DNA of 60,019 nucleotides, taken from assembly GCA_023334545.1 (NCBI GenBank), contig JAADVB010000100.1, forward strand, positions 1 to 60,019. The letters run 5' to 3'. Below the pieces are notes generated by a model, which saw only the letters and a program-made list of their open reading frames with translations, searched no databases and had not been told where the DNA came from. Every line of letters starts with the position of its first letter. Position 1 is the stretch's first letter. Shown here piece after piece: positions 24,689-36,852 of the stretch. Made by a program: the position numbers and the translations under genes. This stretch comes from Salisapilia sapeloensis CBS 127946 (lineage: Eukaryota > Protista > Oomycota).

Positions 24689-25318
24689 ATGTTTCGCCCA
24701 CTTGTCCTCGCTTTGGCAGTACTCACAACAGTAGTATCTTGCGCTAAAACCCTTCCACCTTGTGATCTTAAAAAGATAGAGGAAACCATGAACGATGCAA
24801 AGTTTGATGACTGTGGTGGTTCGAGCGAGCTCTTCTTTGCCATCAGTTACGGTCTGCCATATACTGAGCAAATTGCTGAGCTATGTCAAAATGATATCTG
24901 CATAAACCTTGCAGCCAAAATGATCCAAATGCAGCCAAAGGACTGCGTTATTTCTGAAACGAAGCACTCTCTATACTCGGTGCTCTTAGATCCTCTAGTT
25001 GAAATATGCCCGGAAGTGCAGACCGCTGCGATGGAATATGAAGGTACGACGGAAGATGAACCTGGAATTGGTGACATGGATGGATCAATTGGATCTAGCA
25101 ATGTGGATGCGTCCATTAACTCTGGTGTTACTGGTGGATCCACTAACTCTGGGAGCAAGGATGAATCAATTAAATCGGAAAGCAAGGATGAATCTGTTGA
25201 CAACGAATTGAATGAAAACGATGAAGCTCAAGATGATGTTGGAGCGGGGTCCACTTCTGCACCGTCACCATGTCTGAGTTTTTCTTCTTCTTTGGCTCTC
25301 GCCTCGCTGTTGTATTAA
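24689..25318 (+). CDS. Elicitin-like (ELL) protein with S/D-rich stalk and probable GPI signal
   Basis: Signal peptide MFRPLVLALAVLTTVVSCA. Six Cys spaced C-16-C-23-C-4-C-14-C-20-C, typical of elicitin-like domains. Acidic/Ser-rich tail ending in a hydrophobic stretch. Confidence 0.85.
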   Translation: MFRPLVLALAVLTTVVSCAKTLPPCDLKKIEETMNDAKFDDCGGSSELFFAISYGLPYTEQIAELCQNDICINLAAKMIQMQPKDCVISETKHSLYSVLLDPLVEICPEVQTAAMEYEGTTEDEPGIGDMDGSIGSSNVDASINSGVTGGSTNSGSKDESIKSESKDESVDNELNENDEAQDDVGAGSTSAPSPCLSFSSSLALASLLY

Positions 25319-26972
25319 TAGCTCTACCGAAAACTTGAAGTGCGTCTTAGACAAGCAAATCCAATATACCATCCATTCACGTACGTATTCTGTTTCTACC
25401 TCCACTCCATTGCACACCTACTACCTGCTAGTGTTTTACAAGCACACATATCTTTGTTGCCGCTACGGGAGTCATTATATGTTGCGTTCTTCGTCTTCAT
25501 TTATGCTTCTCTATTCAAGCAGAAATCGATTGGTGCAAGGCGATATCACGTGGGTCTAGCTGTCGTATCAAGTGGACAACGGACTCTGTGACGATTAGCA
25601 AAGGTTACCAGACTACTAGGAGTAATTCCTACATTTCTATGCATCACTAGTGGCATGGTCCAAGCTATGGCATCATGGGTTTGGAATACAAAGTGCTCGT
25701 CACTAGATTCTTGTGCAAGAACGTGTAAATTAGACCCGGATGTAGTTATCCAAATCCGAATGGGTGTTGATAAGATGAATATTACCACTCTGCAATGCTT
25801 TCATAAGCCAGCCACTAGATCTTAATAATTAGCTCAAGGAAGCACGTTGACGACCGTCGTCAGAATAAAGGCCTACGGAAACTAGACAGTAATATTAAAT
25901 TTTTAGCATGCGCATGTACTTCCGACAGCGCCTACTGGAGCGCGGAATACACAGTCAATTGCAGCGGAAGTCGAATAAGTAACAATCAAGTCCTTAAACG
26001 TTTAGTTTGCTGCGACGGCATTGGCAATGACGAGGGTGAAACGATAGCTTAGTATGAGACCATGATGCGGCAAGGAGAGGCACAAACATATTTACACAAG
26101 AGCGCTTTATTATCTAATTCCAATATACAGCCCCTGGACGTGTCTTCAGTGCTCTGCTTCAGCCATAATTCCTTTTTTACCTACTCTTTAGATCTGGATG
26201 ACAGAGTAATCGCAACAGCTAGTGATCTTCTATCTGTGACATGGGTATGAGAATTTTATTGGAATCCTATCAGACTTCTTCCCCATATTCGGCTACCACC
26301 TTCGATTGGATACGATCATCAAATTGATTACTACATCTGTCTGCTTATTCGTCTTGGCCTGCATACCTCATGAAGACCCTTACGATTACAAGCTCGAGAA
26401 CGACGACACAAAAAATCTGGGTTACCAAGAAGAACAACCCGAATATTAGAATCCAAGTGTCTCTAGTAGTGGTGCCAAGTATATCATCTTATTGACAGTC
26501 GCGACTTCGGTTGCTTAATTGCATAGGTCGCAACGGTTGGCATCCCTGTGAATATGGAGTGAAGAAAGCTGGAACAAACCCGAGGTCGGATTCAAATAAT
26601 TTGTTTGGTGTCCAAACTTACTTCAAAACCATCGCCCAACTCTTTGCCAGACGGTTTAAAGTTCTCCAGACTGTGGTGGTAAGCTCGACTTTGCACTGAT
26701 GTATGGTCGGGTCGTGCTTGTCAATGCATTGTGCGTCTCAGCCATGCCATTGACCGTATGCTTTCTTAGTGAATTCAAACTTCAAGCGCCAGATTTCCGT
26801 CACTGCATGCAGAAAGTCTGGTCCGTAATCGAGTCAAAGGCTACTTACCAATTACTTAGTCGTTTCTTATCAATGCATACTTATATTGTCAGCTACATTG
26901 CACAAGATCCAACGACCTTGTTTGTTATGACAAAGTTTGGAAGTACATTATAGTAGTTTCGAAGCAGGAATC

Positions 26973-27899
26973 TCAATTGTCACCATCACTACCGTCCAGG
27001 CCAAGCTCTGTCGTTCTATTAAGGGACTCCCAGACAGCGCTGACTTTGGTGTACATTACTAAATTATCTCTATCGCAGACTTCGGGTCCCCAGGATGCTA
27101 TACCAATTAACTTCCATTTCGAATCAGCGGGCCACCACTGGCTCCTACACAAGTTTACTGTCTGTTACTATCTTGTTGCCTGCCTTGCGGCTTGGACACA
27201 TAGATGACTGTTGGTAGCTTTGAATTTGCGGTTAAAAACGTTCTAGCAGTTGTTCATAGCTTTCTTGCATACCTTCATATTGACTGTGTTCAATCCAGTC
27301 CAACGAAGTAGCTCTTCAGACTGAAATGATTTTTGGTAAAACTGTCCCCATCCATAGATCTTCTCTCAGCCACAATTGTCTAAGGTTCACGACGACTGCC
27401 AAGTCGCATGTAGCTATGCGTATTCGGGTTGCGCACGTTTTCTTTAAGTCTTAGGATAGCGACACGTATTGTGCGGGCATCAAATTTAGGGTGCAATATA
27501 ACATCTTAGACATATATAATTTGTCCTTTGCCGTTGTAGTTGTAGTTGTCGGAAAATCTCGAGCCGATGGTCACATCGATTGGCGGAAAGCCACTGCCTG
27601 GAGACATCTTATTAAGGGTACAATGTCCGGCAGTCACGACATGTATTTTAGATAGCAAAGATCCAGCGCAGATTCCAATTTTACCAGAAGCATACGTTTT
27701 TAACGTATACTACATCTGTAGCCTCTCCTTCAGCAACTACATTGCCTTTAAAAACACGCTTTTCATCTTCTGTTGACAAATTCTATTCCATCGAAGTGGA
27801 AACAATGCCTTCATCATTAAAGTCCGTGCTGGGTGCAATGCGGTATGGGATAAAGGAAACCAGCGATAGGCATGTGACGAAAATTGTCTTTGATGGCAT
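26973..27899 (-). pseudogene. Secreted trypsin-family (S1) serine protease pseudogene, missed by the ORF track
   Basis: Manual minus-strand translation gives signal peptide MPSKTIFVTCLSLVSFIP, then RVFKG, ICAGSLLSKIHVVTAGHC, ILHPKFD..AILRL, IYGWG, HLC, CVGASGGPL, LIGIASWGPEVC, MYTKVSA. Six in-frame stops (27783, 27506, 27380, 27243, 27168, 27165) and about 4 frameshifts. Confidence 0.9.
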
Positions 27900-28486
27900 G
27901 GTAGTGATGCTGAGTAGCAAGCAGCTTAAAAATGAAATTAACTTGCGTCGAGGTGGATGGCTAATTTCAAAGATCCGAGGTAACGTCATTCGTATACTCA
28001 TTTATGGCGGTTGCAATGGTCCATCGTCGATCATGCCATGCGAAGACTGAAATGTTAGGAAATCAAATTGCATCCGGGCAACTCCTCACGCAGCACAATT
28101 GTGCTGGAAAGCTTCGTCGTTTTGCTAAGTAGGTACGTGTCACTAGACGTATTCGTGTAAAGCAATGCTCTATTTTCATTACAATCTTTTAAGCGCCAGT
28201 TTAAAAATGAAACTGTGTTATATGTGAGTATAATCGCGGATTGTGTCAACGAAGGCAGCATACAAATGCTCATAAGCATTACGCTGTACTTGTCCATCCT
28301 TATTTCTAAGTTTTATTTGTAAAAGTTATTTATATATGTTACTAAAGAAACAGGAATTGAATCAATAAAAATGCATAGATTAACTAGGAGCGAATCTCAG
28401 TAAGCGATTGCGCTGCCATTGCCTACTACAGCTATGCTATTCATAGTGCAATTGTCATTTGATTCTGAGCTCCCATCGAGATGTCT

Positions 28487-29496
28487 TCAAATAGTGCTTG
28501 CTCCTGTACCAGCTATCGATGCATTAAACTTAAAGACATCGTGGAAAATGTCATCCAAGACATCGTCGCTCCAGCTGAGGACAACATCCAAGCCAGTCTT
28601 CTCCCAACTTACCGGAAGCATCTCCTCATCACACGTTACGGTCATGGCTTCTTGCTCGTGAGAACAAGTCGACTCGTTCATAATGTCCTTGAAGTTTGAA
28701 CTTCCTTCCAGTGCTCTTTCCACAAGCAACTGCCGAGTGGGCTCAATAAAAGATGCTGAAGCTTTTGCGTGCTTCGCTTTCTTTTGCTGTCTGTCCACTG
28801 GCGAGATGCTTGGGACTTTCATGGTCTGGGCAGCAGTGCACATGCTATCCTTTACCGGCACATTGGAACTTGAAATTTTGTTGCTGGATGGACTGGTGCG
28901 GGCTGTCCTCGGTTTGGTCTTTCTCGGGAAAGATAACCGTCTCTTCACTCGATGGAGGGCATGCCAATGGTTTTTGATTGAATTGTCCGTGCGTCCTTCA
29001 AGATTACGTGCGAGGACGGACCACTTGTTACCATGGATTTTGTGTAGCTTGTTCAGCCTCTCGTCCTCTTCTAAAGTCCACGGCTTATGACTGATGTTCG
29101 GGTTGAGTTGATTTCGCCACCTATGGACATCAAGTTAATCGAAAGCTTATATCGAATGAATAGTAGTGCATACCGATCGCGGCATTGCTTGGCAGAACGG
29201 TTGACAAAATTGACAGCAATGTTTCGCCACTTATGTGCGCCTTGTTCTTGCACGAGACGAAGTAGCTTGTTATCCTCTTCTTGGGACCAATACTTTCGAC
29301 CATTAGGTGCGAATTTAAAAGGCGGATTGGCGTTGTTTTCCTTGTCAGTAGTCGAGAAACTTTCACGGAGCTTGTGAACTCCCCGACTTCGCTCTCCACT
29401 CTGTGCAACTTCGTTAGAAGATTTATTTTGGTGTAATGGGAAGTAATGTACATGTTGAATGATCAACGAGTGCTGCATGCTCAATCTGTTCGACAT
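28487..29496 (-). CDS. R2R3-type Myb transcription factor; exons 29496-29174 and 29120-28487 (start codon uncertain)
   Basis: YWSQEEDNKLLRLVQEQGAHKWRNIAVNFVNRSAKQCRDR|WRNQLNP..PWTLEEDERL..HGNKWSVLARNLEGRTDNSIKNHW, joined by 53-nt GT-AG intron 29121-29173. Confidence 0.9.
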
Positions 29497-31724
29497 CCTG
29501 CGTGGAGAAGCGCGAGTAGCGAAGGACTGGTTCAAGTAGTTGATTGACAAAATGAAGTGAAGAACCAGGATCTTTGGTTTTGCTGGCCGAGTACAATTGA
29601 GAAATGAGATTGAAAGAAGACAATCAGTATAGGAAGATAGGAACTACGAAAACTAGTTGCGACAGGAAAACTGACTCGTCCCAATTCGAGGACTTGTGTC
29701 AGTCAAATATCGTTCAAGTACATGGTGTCGTCTCTGTTCATACTTTTGTAGGGCGACGTCCACTGAAGTCGAACCTTTGTCCAAGCTTCATTCCTCTTAC
29801 GGAAACAACAAGATCTGCCGACCGCGAACAGAGAAACGTAGCGGCAAGCCTCCAATATTGTTCTGGTCTTCCTTCGCTCGTCTGTCGCTTTCTTTCTTGT
29901 TTTGTGTCGTTGGTTTTGCCACCGATGATGTATGTGCAGCTGCTTGAAACTCTTTCGCAGAAGGCTACACCGGCATGAGCAATACCGATTTGATAGCGGT
30001 TTTCTCAAGAAACTAGACTTAATACTACCTCCTTATATCGTCTGTATTCAAGGCAAAGAGTATTGCTATCTTTGTCCTTCAAATCCTAATTTCTACGTCA
30101 ATCGGTGAGGTCGCACCGAGTATACAGTATTTCAAAATACTCATCAAGATCCATGCCCTGAATTGGAGCTTTATTTTAAAAGTCGATGGCGCACGTACTT
30201 GGATTTTACAGAAATAAGAATGGAGATGCGTTGGCTCGAGCACAAAACAGCAACGGGTGTGCAGAAAATGTAGGCGTGCGACGATTCTTGCCGTGATATC
30301 GTTGAAGCTATCCTTTACCATCCAGCACTATCATGAAGACGGCATCGTTCGTCTGGAGGAATGCAGCTTTCCAACATTGGACAGTAGCGTGAACACCTGG
30401 ACACAGTGTAGTTGGTGGGATATTCTTTCGATATATGCTTGTGATGGAGTATCAACAGATTGGAGAAGATTTTTCGTTGTTTATGTCTTCTCGAAACTCA
30501 CGTTCACTTCGGGACGCGTAAAGAAGTTGTCATTTGAGGTTTCCATGTCTACGAATATACTGGAGAAGAGCTGGCCACCACAAAAGATAAAATAGTATTT
30601 AAAGCATGTACACTGTCTACTCATGCCAATCCACATGCCAAGAGGTTGGATCGAACGAAAGAGTACCGAAAGTTGTCTTGCTTGCATGATCTATCACCTA
30701 CTCTTCTATACTGCTTTGCGTTCATTGTAGATAGCAGCCAAAAATCTTTCTATGTAGCGATGGAAGCGTCTCTTTCCCGAAACCAAAAGCAAAGACTTCA
30801 GCTATCCTGTCCTCACTTTTTAAAAAAGATGCAGAAATAAGGGACCGAATACTACCATGTAAAGGTGCCTGGTCGTTTCGATGCTCGAGAGAGAGCACTC
30901 ATGGAAACTTAAGCATGGACAATCGGCAACTGGTCTAAGTGCATAGGTAAGCTCCTGTGGGCAAACGACTCTTTCAGATTTAAAATATCGTTGAAGCTCC
31001 CGATAAAGTAATTACATGCTCAGTCTAGGCTGAAGTCATCGAAAATATCGACTCGTTCAGGAGTGGAAAGATGTTCAAGAATATCTACTACGCAAGAAAG
31101 AAACCTGAGCAAACATAAAAGTTGGAATAGAACGAGCAAAGGAATCGCATTGTTCAATACAGAAGCGGTTTCTCTTTTACTTCAAAATACAGCTTTCGGT
31201 GCTTGTACGACCGCTTGACTATTAAGCTTTGCTCTCCCGATCTTTCCTCACATGCAGTACATTTCTATGCTGCATTGCATATGTGCAAACCACTCTCTGC
31301 TCTTGTTTTTACCACAGTGCGTCTTTGCTTTCGCGTAGAATCTTCTACGTTTCCATCGCCATTCACTTGTTGAGTACAAATGGCTCGACATCAAGTTCAT
31401 GCGTATGAATAGAACGAGTGCAGCTCACTACTGCATTCTCCATGATTTCATTAGATAATTCGCTCAGTGTATATATACTCACTTTGAAGGTCGATCTGGA
31501 GCTCGAGACCACAAATTCGGCCAAAGTTTCCATATCTACTAAAACCTGGAAACCAACCTGTCGTCATGATGAAGCTGGACCGGGAGCTCATTTACATCAA
31601 ACGACTAAGTACCTGGAGCAGATAGACTGTCCGTACTTTCCAGACAGACAATTGGAGACTCAAGCCCGAATTGCAATAACGAGCACTGAGTCAGCCTGGT
31701 CAGGTATATTTGTTTTAGTTGCAT

Positions 31725-32564
31725 CTATCGACCAACAGTCCATGTCGTTCGCTTCAATGGTTTAATTCTAGCTTTCTGCTTCCTAGCGTATTTGACCCAT
31801 CGCTGTATATCTGCGTGCTCCATGATCTTGTCCAAGGTATTATATTCCCTCGCTAGCGTGTTATTATCCTCCACTGAATGTATTTTACTATGACAAGGTC
31901 TACAGATCCAAATGCACATATTCAGCACTTCTTTGCTCACTCCCTTTTTCAAGTATCGGTCGTGCGTCTGCCTCGGTATAAGATGATGTGCAGTCAATCG
32001 AACGGGTCGTTCGCACATGGCACAGAGACCATCCTGACTGTCATCTGGACCAAAGTGTTCTTCCGCGACGTCTTCTTCCAAAATGATATCTTTCGGAGAT
32101 ACTTGCACAATATGGTCGAATTCTAATGCTTCGACTTCCAAAGATGATAGCGAAGGTTTCTCGTCTCGACTTGAAATGGTTAGAGAGTGAATGATACCGG
32201 GATGCCAGTCATCGTCGATTTCCAGATGAACGAGACATTTCTTGCCGGTTGCGTATTGATCGTAGATCTTCTGTAGCTTCTTGTTCTTCTCACTCGGCTC
32301 AACTAGCTCTTCCGATGGGTAGAATATATCCGCAAGCGTAGACGAAGTAACCTCCAGGTCGTTGATCTCAAGTACATCGACCGATTCCAGTGTCTCCTTG
32401 ATACAGGACTTTGCTGTATTCTGATCGATTGCTGCATCCACAGCATCTAAAAGCAGCTCGACAACGTACTCTAGCTCCTCTGACTGTGTCGAGTGCTTCC
32501 TGCATACTTCGATTGCTTTTAACACTTGCTCCCTTTGCTCATTATTTTTCTCTGAATCCTCCAT
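31725..32564 (-). CDS. HNH-type (YisB-like) endonuclease-domain protein with central Tudor-like segment
   Basis: C-terminal CAMCER..HHLIP..C..CRPCHSKIH pattern. Central KCLVHLEIDDDWHPGII resembles a Tudor-domain start. Confidence 0.75.
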   Translation of the reverse strand: MEDSEKNNEQREQVLKAIEVCRKHSTQSEELEYVVELLLDAVDAAIDQNTAKSCIKETLESVDVLEINDLEVTSSTLADIFYPSEELVEPSEKNKKLQKIYDQYATGKKCLVHLEIDDDWHPGIIHSLTISSRDEKPSLSSLEVEALEFDHIVQVSPKDIILEEDVAEEHFGPDDSQDGLCAMCERPVRLTAHHLIPRQTHDRYLKKGVSKEVLNMCIWICRPCHSKIHSVEDNNTLAREYNTLDKIMEHADIQRWVKYARKQKARIKPLKRTTWTVGR

Positions 32565-32992
32565 CGTCTAAATGAGTGCGTAAATAGGCTGCGTTCACTG
32601 TCAAATGACTAGGCAATCGTCTAGTCTTCTTTAAGAGCCCCTAGGTCTTCGTAGGGTTTAGAACTTGATCGACCTTCATTGTCACTACAAAAGAGATTGA
32701 AGGACAACAATATCCTCTTAAAACGTCCTCAATTAATATAGGCAACTTCTTTCTACCAGAAACAAATATCTACACTTTAAACACTTGAAAGTACATGAAC
32801 AGAGAACACATCAACCATCTTGTATTTGCACTTGCATACACTACCTCTACACGCCATTCATCCTTACTATCTCCATACAAGAAATTTCTTGCGGCACCCG
32901 TCCCATTTTAATCCACCACTATCCTTTTGCGGCACAACAGTGGTACCAAATTGCTCAAACACCCAAATACACTACACCACCATTCGAGCATC

Positions 32993-34268
32993 ATGTCGGA
33001 CGCGTCGAATGAAGCGCAGCGTTGGGGAGCCAAACTCGCCTTAGCAGCCGTAGGCACTGCTGCTGCCTACTATGCTGGTCATCGCAAGCGCAATCAGCAG
33101 AAAGCTCGGTTCGCACACCTCATGACGGCCAAGCAAATGAGTGATACGATCGAGGACAATGCAAATGAAAAGCGCAAGCTCACGTCTGTCGTTGTACGCG
33201 TGCCTGCTACGACCGCAAACATGGGTCCAGGGTACGATACGATTGGTATGGCCTTGGATATCTGGACCGAGATCTCCGCGGAAGTGTTGGACCCGACGCC
33301 AGCGTCGGATACGGATCTATGGGAGCTTACGAATGAAGGAGAGGGTGCCAAGGAGCTCCCGACCGATAGCTCCAACCTAGTCGTAGTCGGCATTCTCAAG
33401 GCTTTCGAATCTGCGAAAGAACCGCTACCAAAGCGTGTTGTCATTCGATGCAAGAACCGTATCCCATTCGCTCGTGGCTTGGGCAGCTCCTCCGCGGGTA
33501 TCGTCGGAGGCATCATTGCTGGTCTAGCTCTGTGTGGTCAACGTCTGCCAGTTCATGGTCAAGAAGAACTACTTCAATTGGTATACAGCATTCTCTACTA
33601 TCGCTGACGACGCAAACTAATGTTTCCTATAGGCATCCGAGGTGGAAGGACATCCGGATAATGTCGCTCCAGCCATCTACGGCGGTCTCCAACTCGGTAT
33701 TTCTGCCGATGGTCGATGGTACTCTTCTCGAGTTCAGATTCCAGACGGACTCCAGTGCGTCATCTTCATCCCGGACACGACTGGCCCCACGAGTGTCGCC
33801 CGAGCAGTCTTGTCGAACCAGATTGAACGGAAGGATGCGGTCTTTAACATCGGTCGTGCTGCCATCTTCGTCAATGCGTTCCGATCAGGCAATCTGGATG
33901 AACTCCGCTTTGCCACGCAAGATCGTCTGCATCAACCACAGCGTGGTGCGTCTCAATACCCGCACTTGGAGCCGCTGATTGAAGCTGCTTTGGGAGCTGG
34001 TGCCCACGGCTGCTTCTTAAGTGGCGCAGGACCGACGGTCTTGGCCATCACGAGTGGCCGAGCAGGTGACATCTTCACCCAGACATTGGCGGAGCGAACG
34101 GAAGACAAGGTTGCACTTGCCATGCGGCGCAAGGCAGCGGAAATGGGCGTGGAAGGCTCCATGTTTATCACGAACCCGGAGCACCGAGGCGCATACATTG
34201 TCCGTGCTTCCCCTCGCCTCTCCGACCGGAAGGTTGCACGGTACGAAGGCGACGTAGACGACCTCTAG
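32993..34268 (+). CDS. thrB: Homoserine kinase (GHMP family); exons 32993-33580 and 33633-34268
   Basis: VRVPATTANMGPGYDTIGMAL, IPFARGLGSSSA, EGHPDNVAPA, LSGAGPTVLA. 52-nt GT-AG intron 33581-33632 in phase 0. Confidence 0.95.
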
Positions 34269-34556
34269 ACAGTCCTAAGCAATACAGCTAGTACTCTCAT
34301 CCTTCTCCTTGGCTTCATCCGTTGGTACATGAGTGGTACCCCTCCAATAAGTTAGTGGTGCTCATGCCAGTGTCAGCGTATACTTTAATCAAGTGATTCG
34401 AGCCGATCGTCCTCGCCGAAATAAGCTCTTCGTCGCTCGAGAAACGCTTCATTCCTTGTAGTCTCGAGCTTCTGTCGATTCTTATCGTGTCTATAGACAC
34501 TCCAAAACACTCTTCTACTTTCTTACAACTCTACTACATTTGCATTGGACTACAAG

Positions 34557-36820
34557 ATGAATAGCGATGAAGATATGATCCCGATCGCACAGCTTAAACC
34601 TAAGTCGAAAGCTCCTCATCCGTCCGATGATAGCGAAGCGTTCGAACCGCTACCACCACAACGTGCATCCGCTCGTCGTGGAGCGGAGCAAACGCGTAAA
34701 GCGATGGACAACATCTTTGCGTCAGATGGCGAGGACTCGGATGACATTCCACTCGCCAAACTTAAGAAGGCGCAAGTGAAGCGTCCTAGAACCACGAGTG
34801 CTTCGTCACGTCCGGAAAAAAAAGCTAAGACAACCACCAAGGCCAAGACAACCACGAAAGCCAAGACAACCAAGTCGACCAAGCCGAAAGAAAAGAAACC
34901 AGCTAAGAAACCAGCCAAGAAGAAGCCGGCGGCATCAGGAACCAAGTCCGTTCGGAAGCTCAAGGTGCAGTCGAAAGGTGAGCGTCTGGATATGGCTATT
35001 AAAGCTTACCGGTGGTGGGCAGAAGAGCCTCTCCCGGAAGGTATACAATGGCGTTCTTTTGAACACAACGGTGTCATCTTTCCGCCCGGGTACGAACCGC
35101 ACAACGTGCCACTTCTGTACAATGGTCAAAAAGTGTACTTGACTCCGGAGCAAGAGGAACTAGCGACGCATTATGCGTCGATGCCATTAGACGGACCTCA
35201 GCTTGGTACAGCAAAGATTGCCAAGATCTTTAATGAAAACTTTTTTGAAGACTTCAAGCAAGTGCTCGGCAAGCAGCACGATATAAAGAAACTGAGTGCC
35301 TGTGACTTTTCCCTCATTCGTGAGCATTTAGATGCCAAACGGGAGGAGAAGAAGAACATGTCGAATGAAGAAAAAATAAAGGAGAAGGAACAAAAGACGG
35401 TCGAACAGTTGGAATACAGCGTTGCTGCCGTCGATGGTCATATAGAAAAGGTCGGGAGCTATCGGATGGAGCCTCCTGGTCTCTTCCGTGGTCGAGGCGA
35501 GCATCCAAAGACCGGCAGGCTCAAGAAACGTGTGACACCGGAGGAAGTCGTGTTGAACGTCGGGATGGATGATAAAGTCCCCATATGTAGTCGACCTGGG
35601 CATGCATGGAAGGAAGTGTTGCATCGAAACACCTCCACGTGGCTCGCCTTTTGGACTGATAACATCATGGCGTCGAGCAAGTACGTCTTCTTAGGTGCTA
35701 GTAGTAGTTTTAAAGGCAAGGCGGACATGGCCAAGTATGAAAAAGCTCGCATGCTCAAGAATTGCATCGACAAGATCCGAAAGAACTATGAGGATGGCCT
35801 CCTTTCATCTGACGACACGGTGAAGCAACGCTCTACAGCGATGTGGGTCATCGATAAGCTCGCCCTGCGTGTCGGGAATGAAAAGGGAGAGGATGAAGCC
35901 GATACTGTCGGATGCTGCAGTCTTCGTGTGGAGCACATGAGCTTTGAAGATGAACGATACACCCTCACCTTGTCCTTCTTAGGTAAAGACTCGATGCCGT
36001 ATAACAATACTGTCCACTTGGACTTTTACGGCAACATCGGCAAGCGTGTGTTTGTCAATCTCAAGGCGTTTTGTTCCAAAAAGGACAAGAACGACCAAGT
36101 CTTTGACCTCTTGACGGTTGACAAACTGAATAAACACTTGGCGAGTCTCATGCCAGGTCTATCGGCTAAGGTCTTCCGTACGTTCAACGCCTCCTTTACG
36201 CTCGAGAAGGAGCTGCCGTGGAGTATTGATCCTCATGGCAGGATGGACGGCGCGTCGAAAGTCGTCGTGTATAATGACGCGAATCGGAAGGTCGCAATCT
36301 TGTGTAACCATCAAAGGACGGTCCCGAAGACGTTCGACGCGACTTTAATGCGGATGCAGGCGAATTTGCAACAGCTACGGGAGCAATTGGACGAGTTGCA
36401 TAAGATAGAAGAGATGGTGAAGAAGAACAAGACGAAGAAAGTGCGGGTGCGACAACATGCCGGCTCGGACGACAAGGAGCTGAAGAAGGCCGAGAGCCAC
36501 TTGTTTACAAAAGTGCCGAGACTCGACATGGTGCAATCGAGGATCGAGGTGTGGCGGAAGAAGGAGAAGAAGGCGGCACTTCAGGTGCAGGATAAGGAAG
36601 AGAACAAGGAAGTGGCGCTCGGGACGTCCAAGATCAACTACATGGACCCACGTATCACCGTCGCTTGGGCCAAACGCGTACGTATTCTAGCTATCCTTCT
36701 CTCTTCTCGCTCTTACGAAGCTTATGATAGAACGAAGTACCAGTGGCCAGTGTCTTTGGTAAAATGTTGCGAGACAAGTTCGTCTGGGCCATGGACGTCG
36801 ATCCCGATTGGACCTTTTAG
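34557..36820 (+). CDS. TOP1: DNA topoisomerase I (type IB); exons 34557-36677 and 36731-36820
   Basis: EPPGLFRGRGEHPK, KYEKAR, LRVGNEK, DTVGCCSLRVEH, AKVFRTFNAS, ILCNHQR, catalytic SKINYMDPR. 53-nt intron 36678-36730 restores the C-terminus NEVPVASVFGKMLRDKFVWAM. Confidence 0.97.
34827..34874 (+). repeat. Coding 18-bp tandem repeat (KTTTKA x2 plus partial) in the TOP1 N-terminal tail
   Basis: aagacaaccaccaaggcc / aagacaaccacgaaagcc / aagacaaccaag. Confidence 0.8.
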
Positions 36821-36852
36821 ACAAACACCTTTGGAAACGAAACATACCATTG

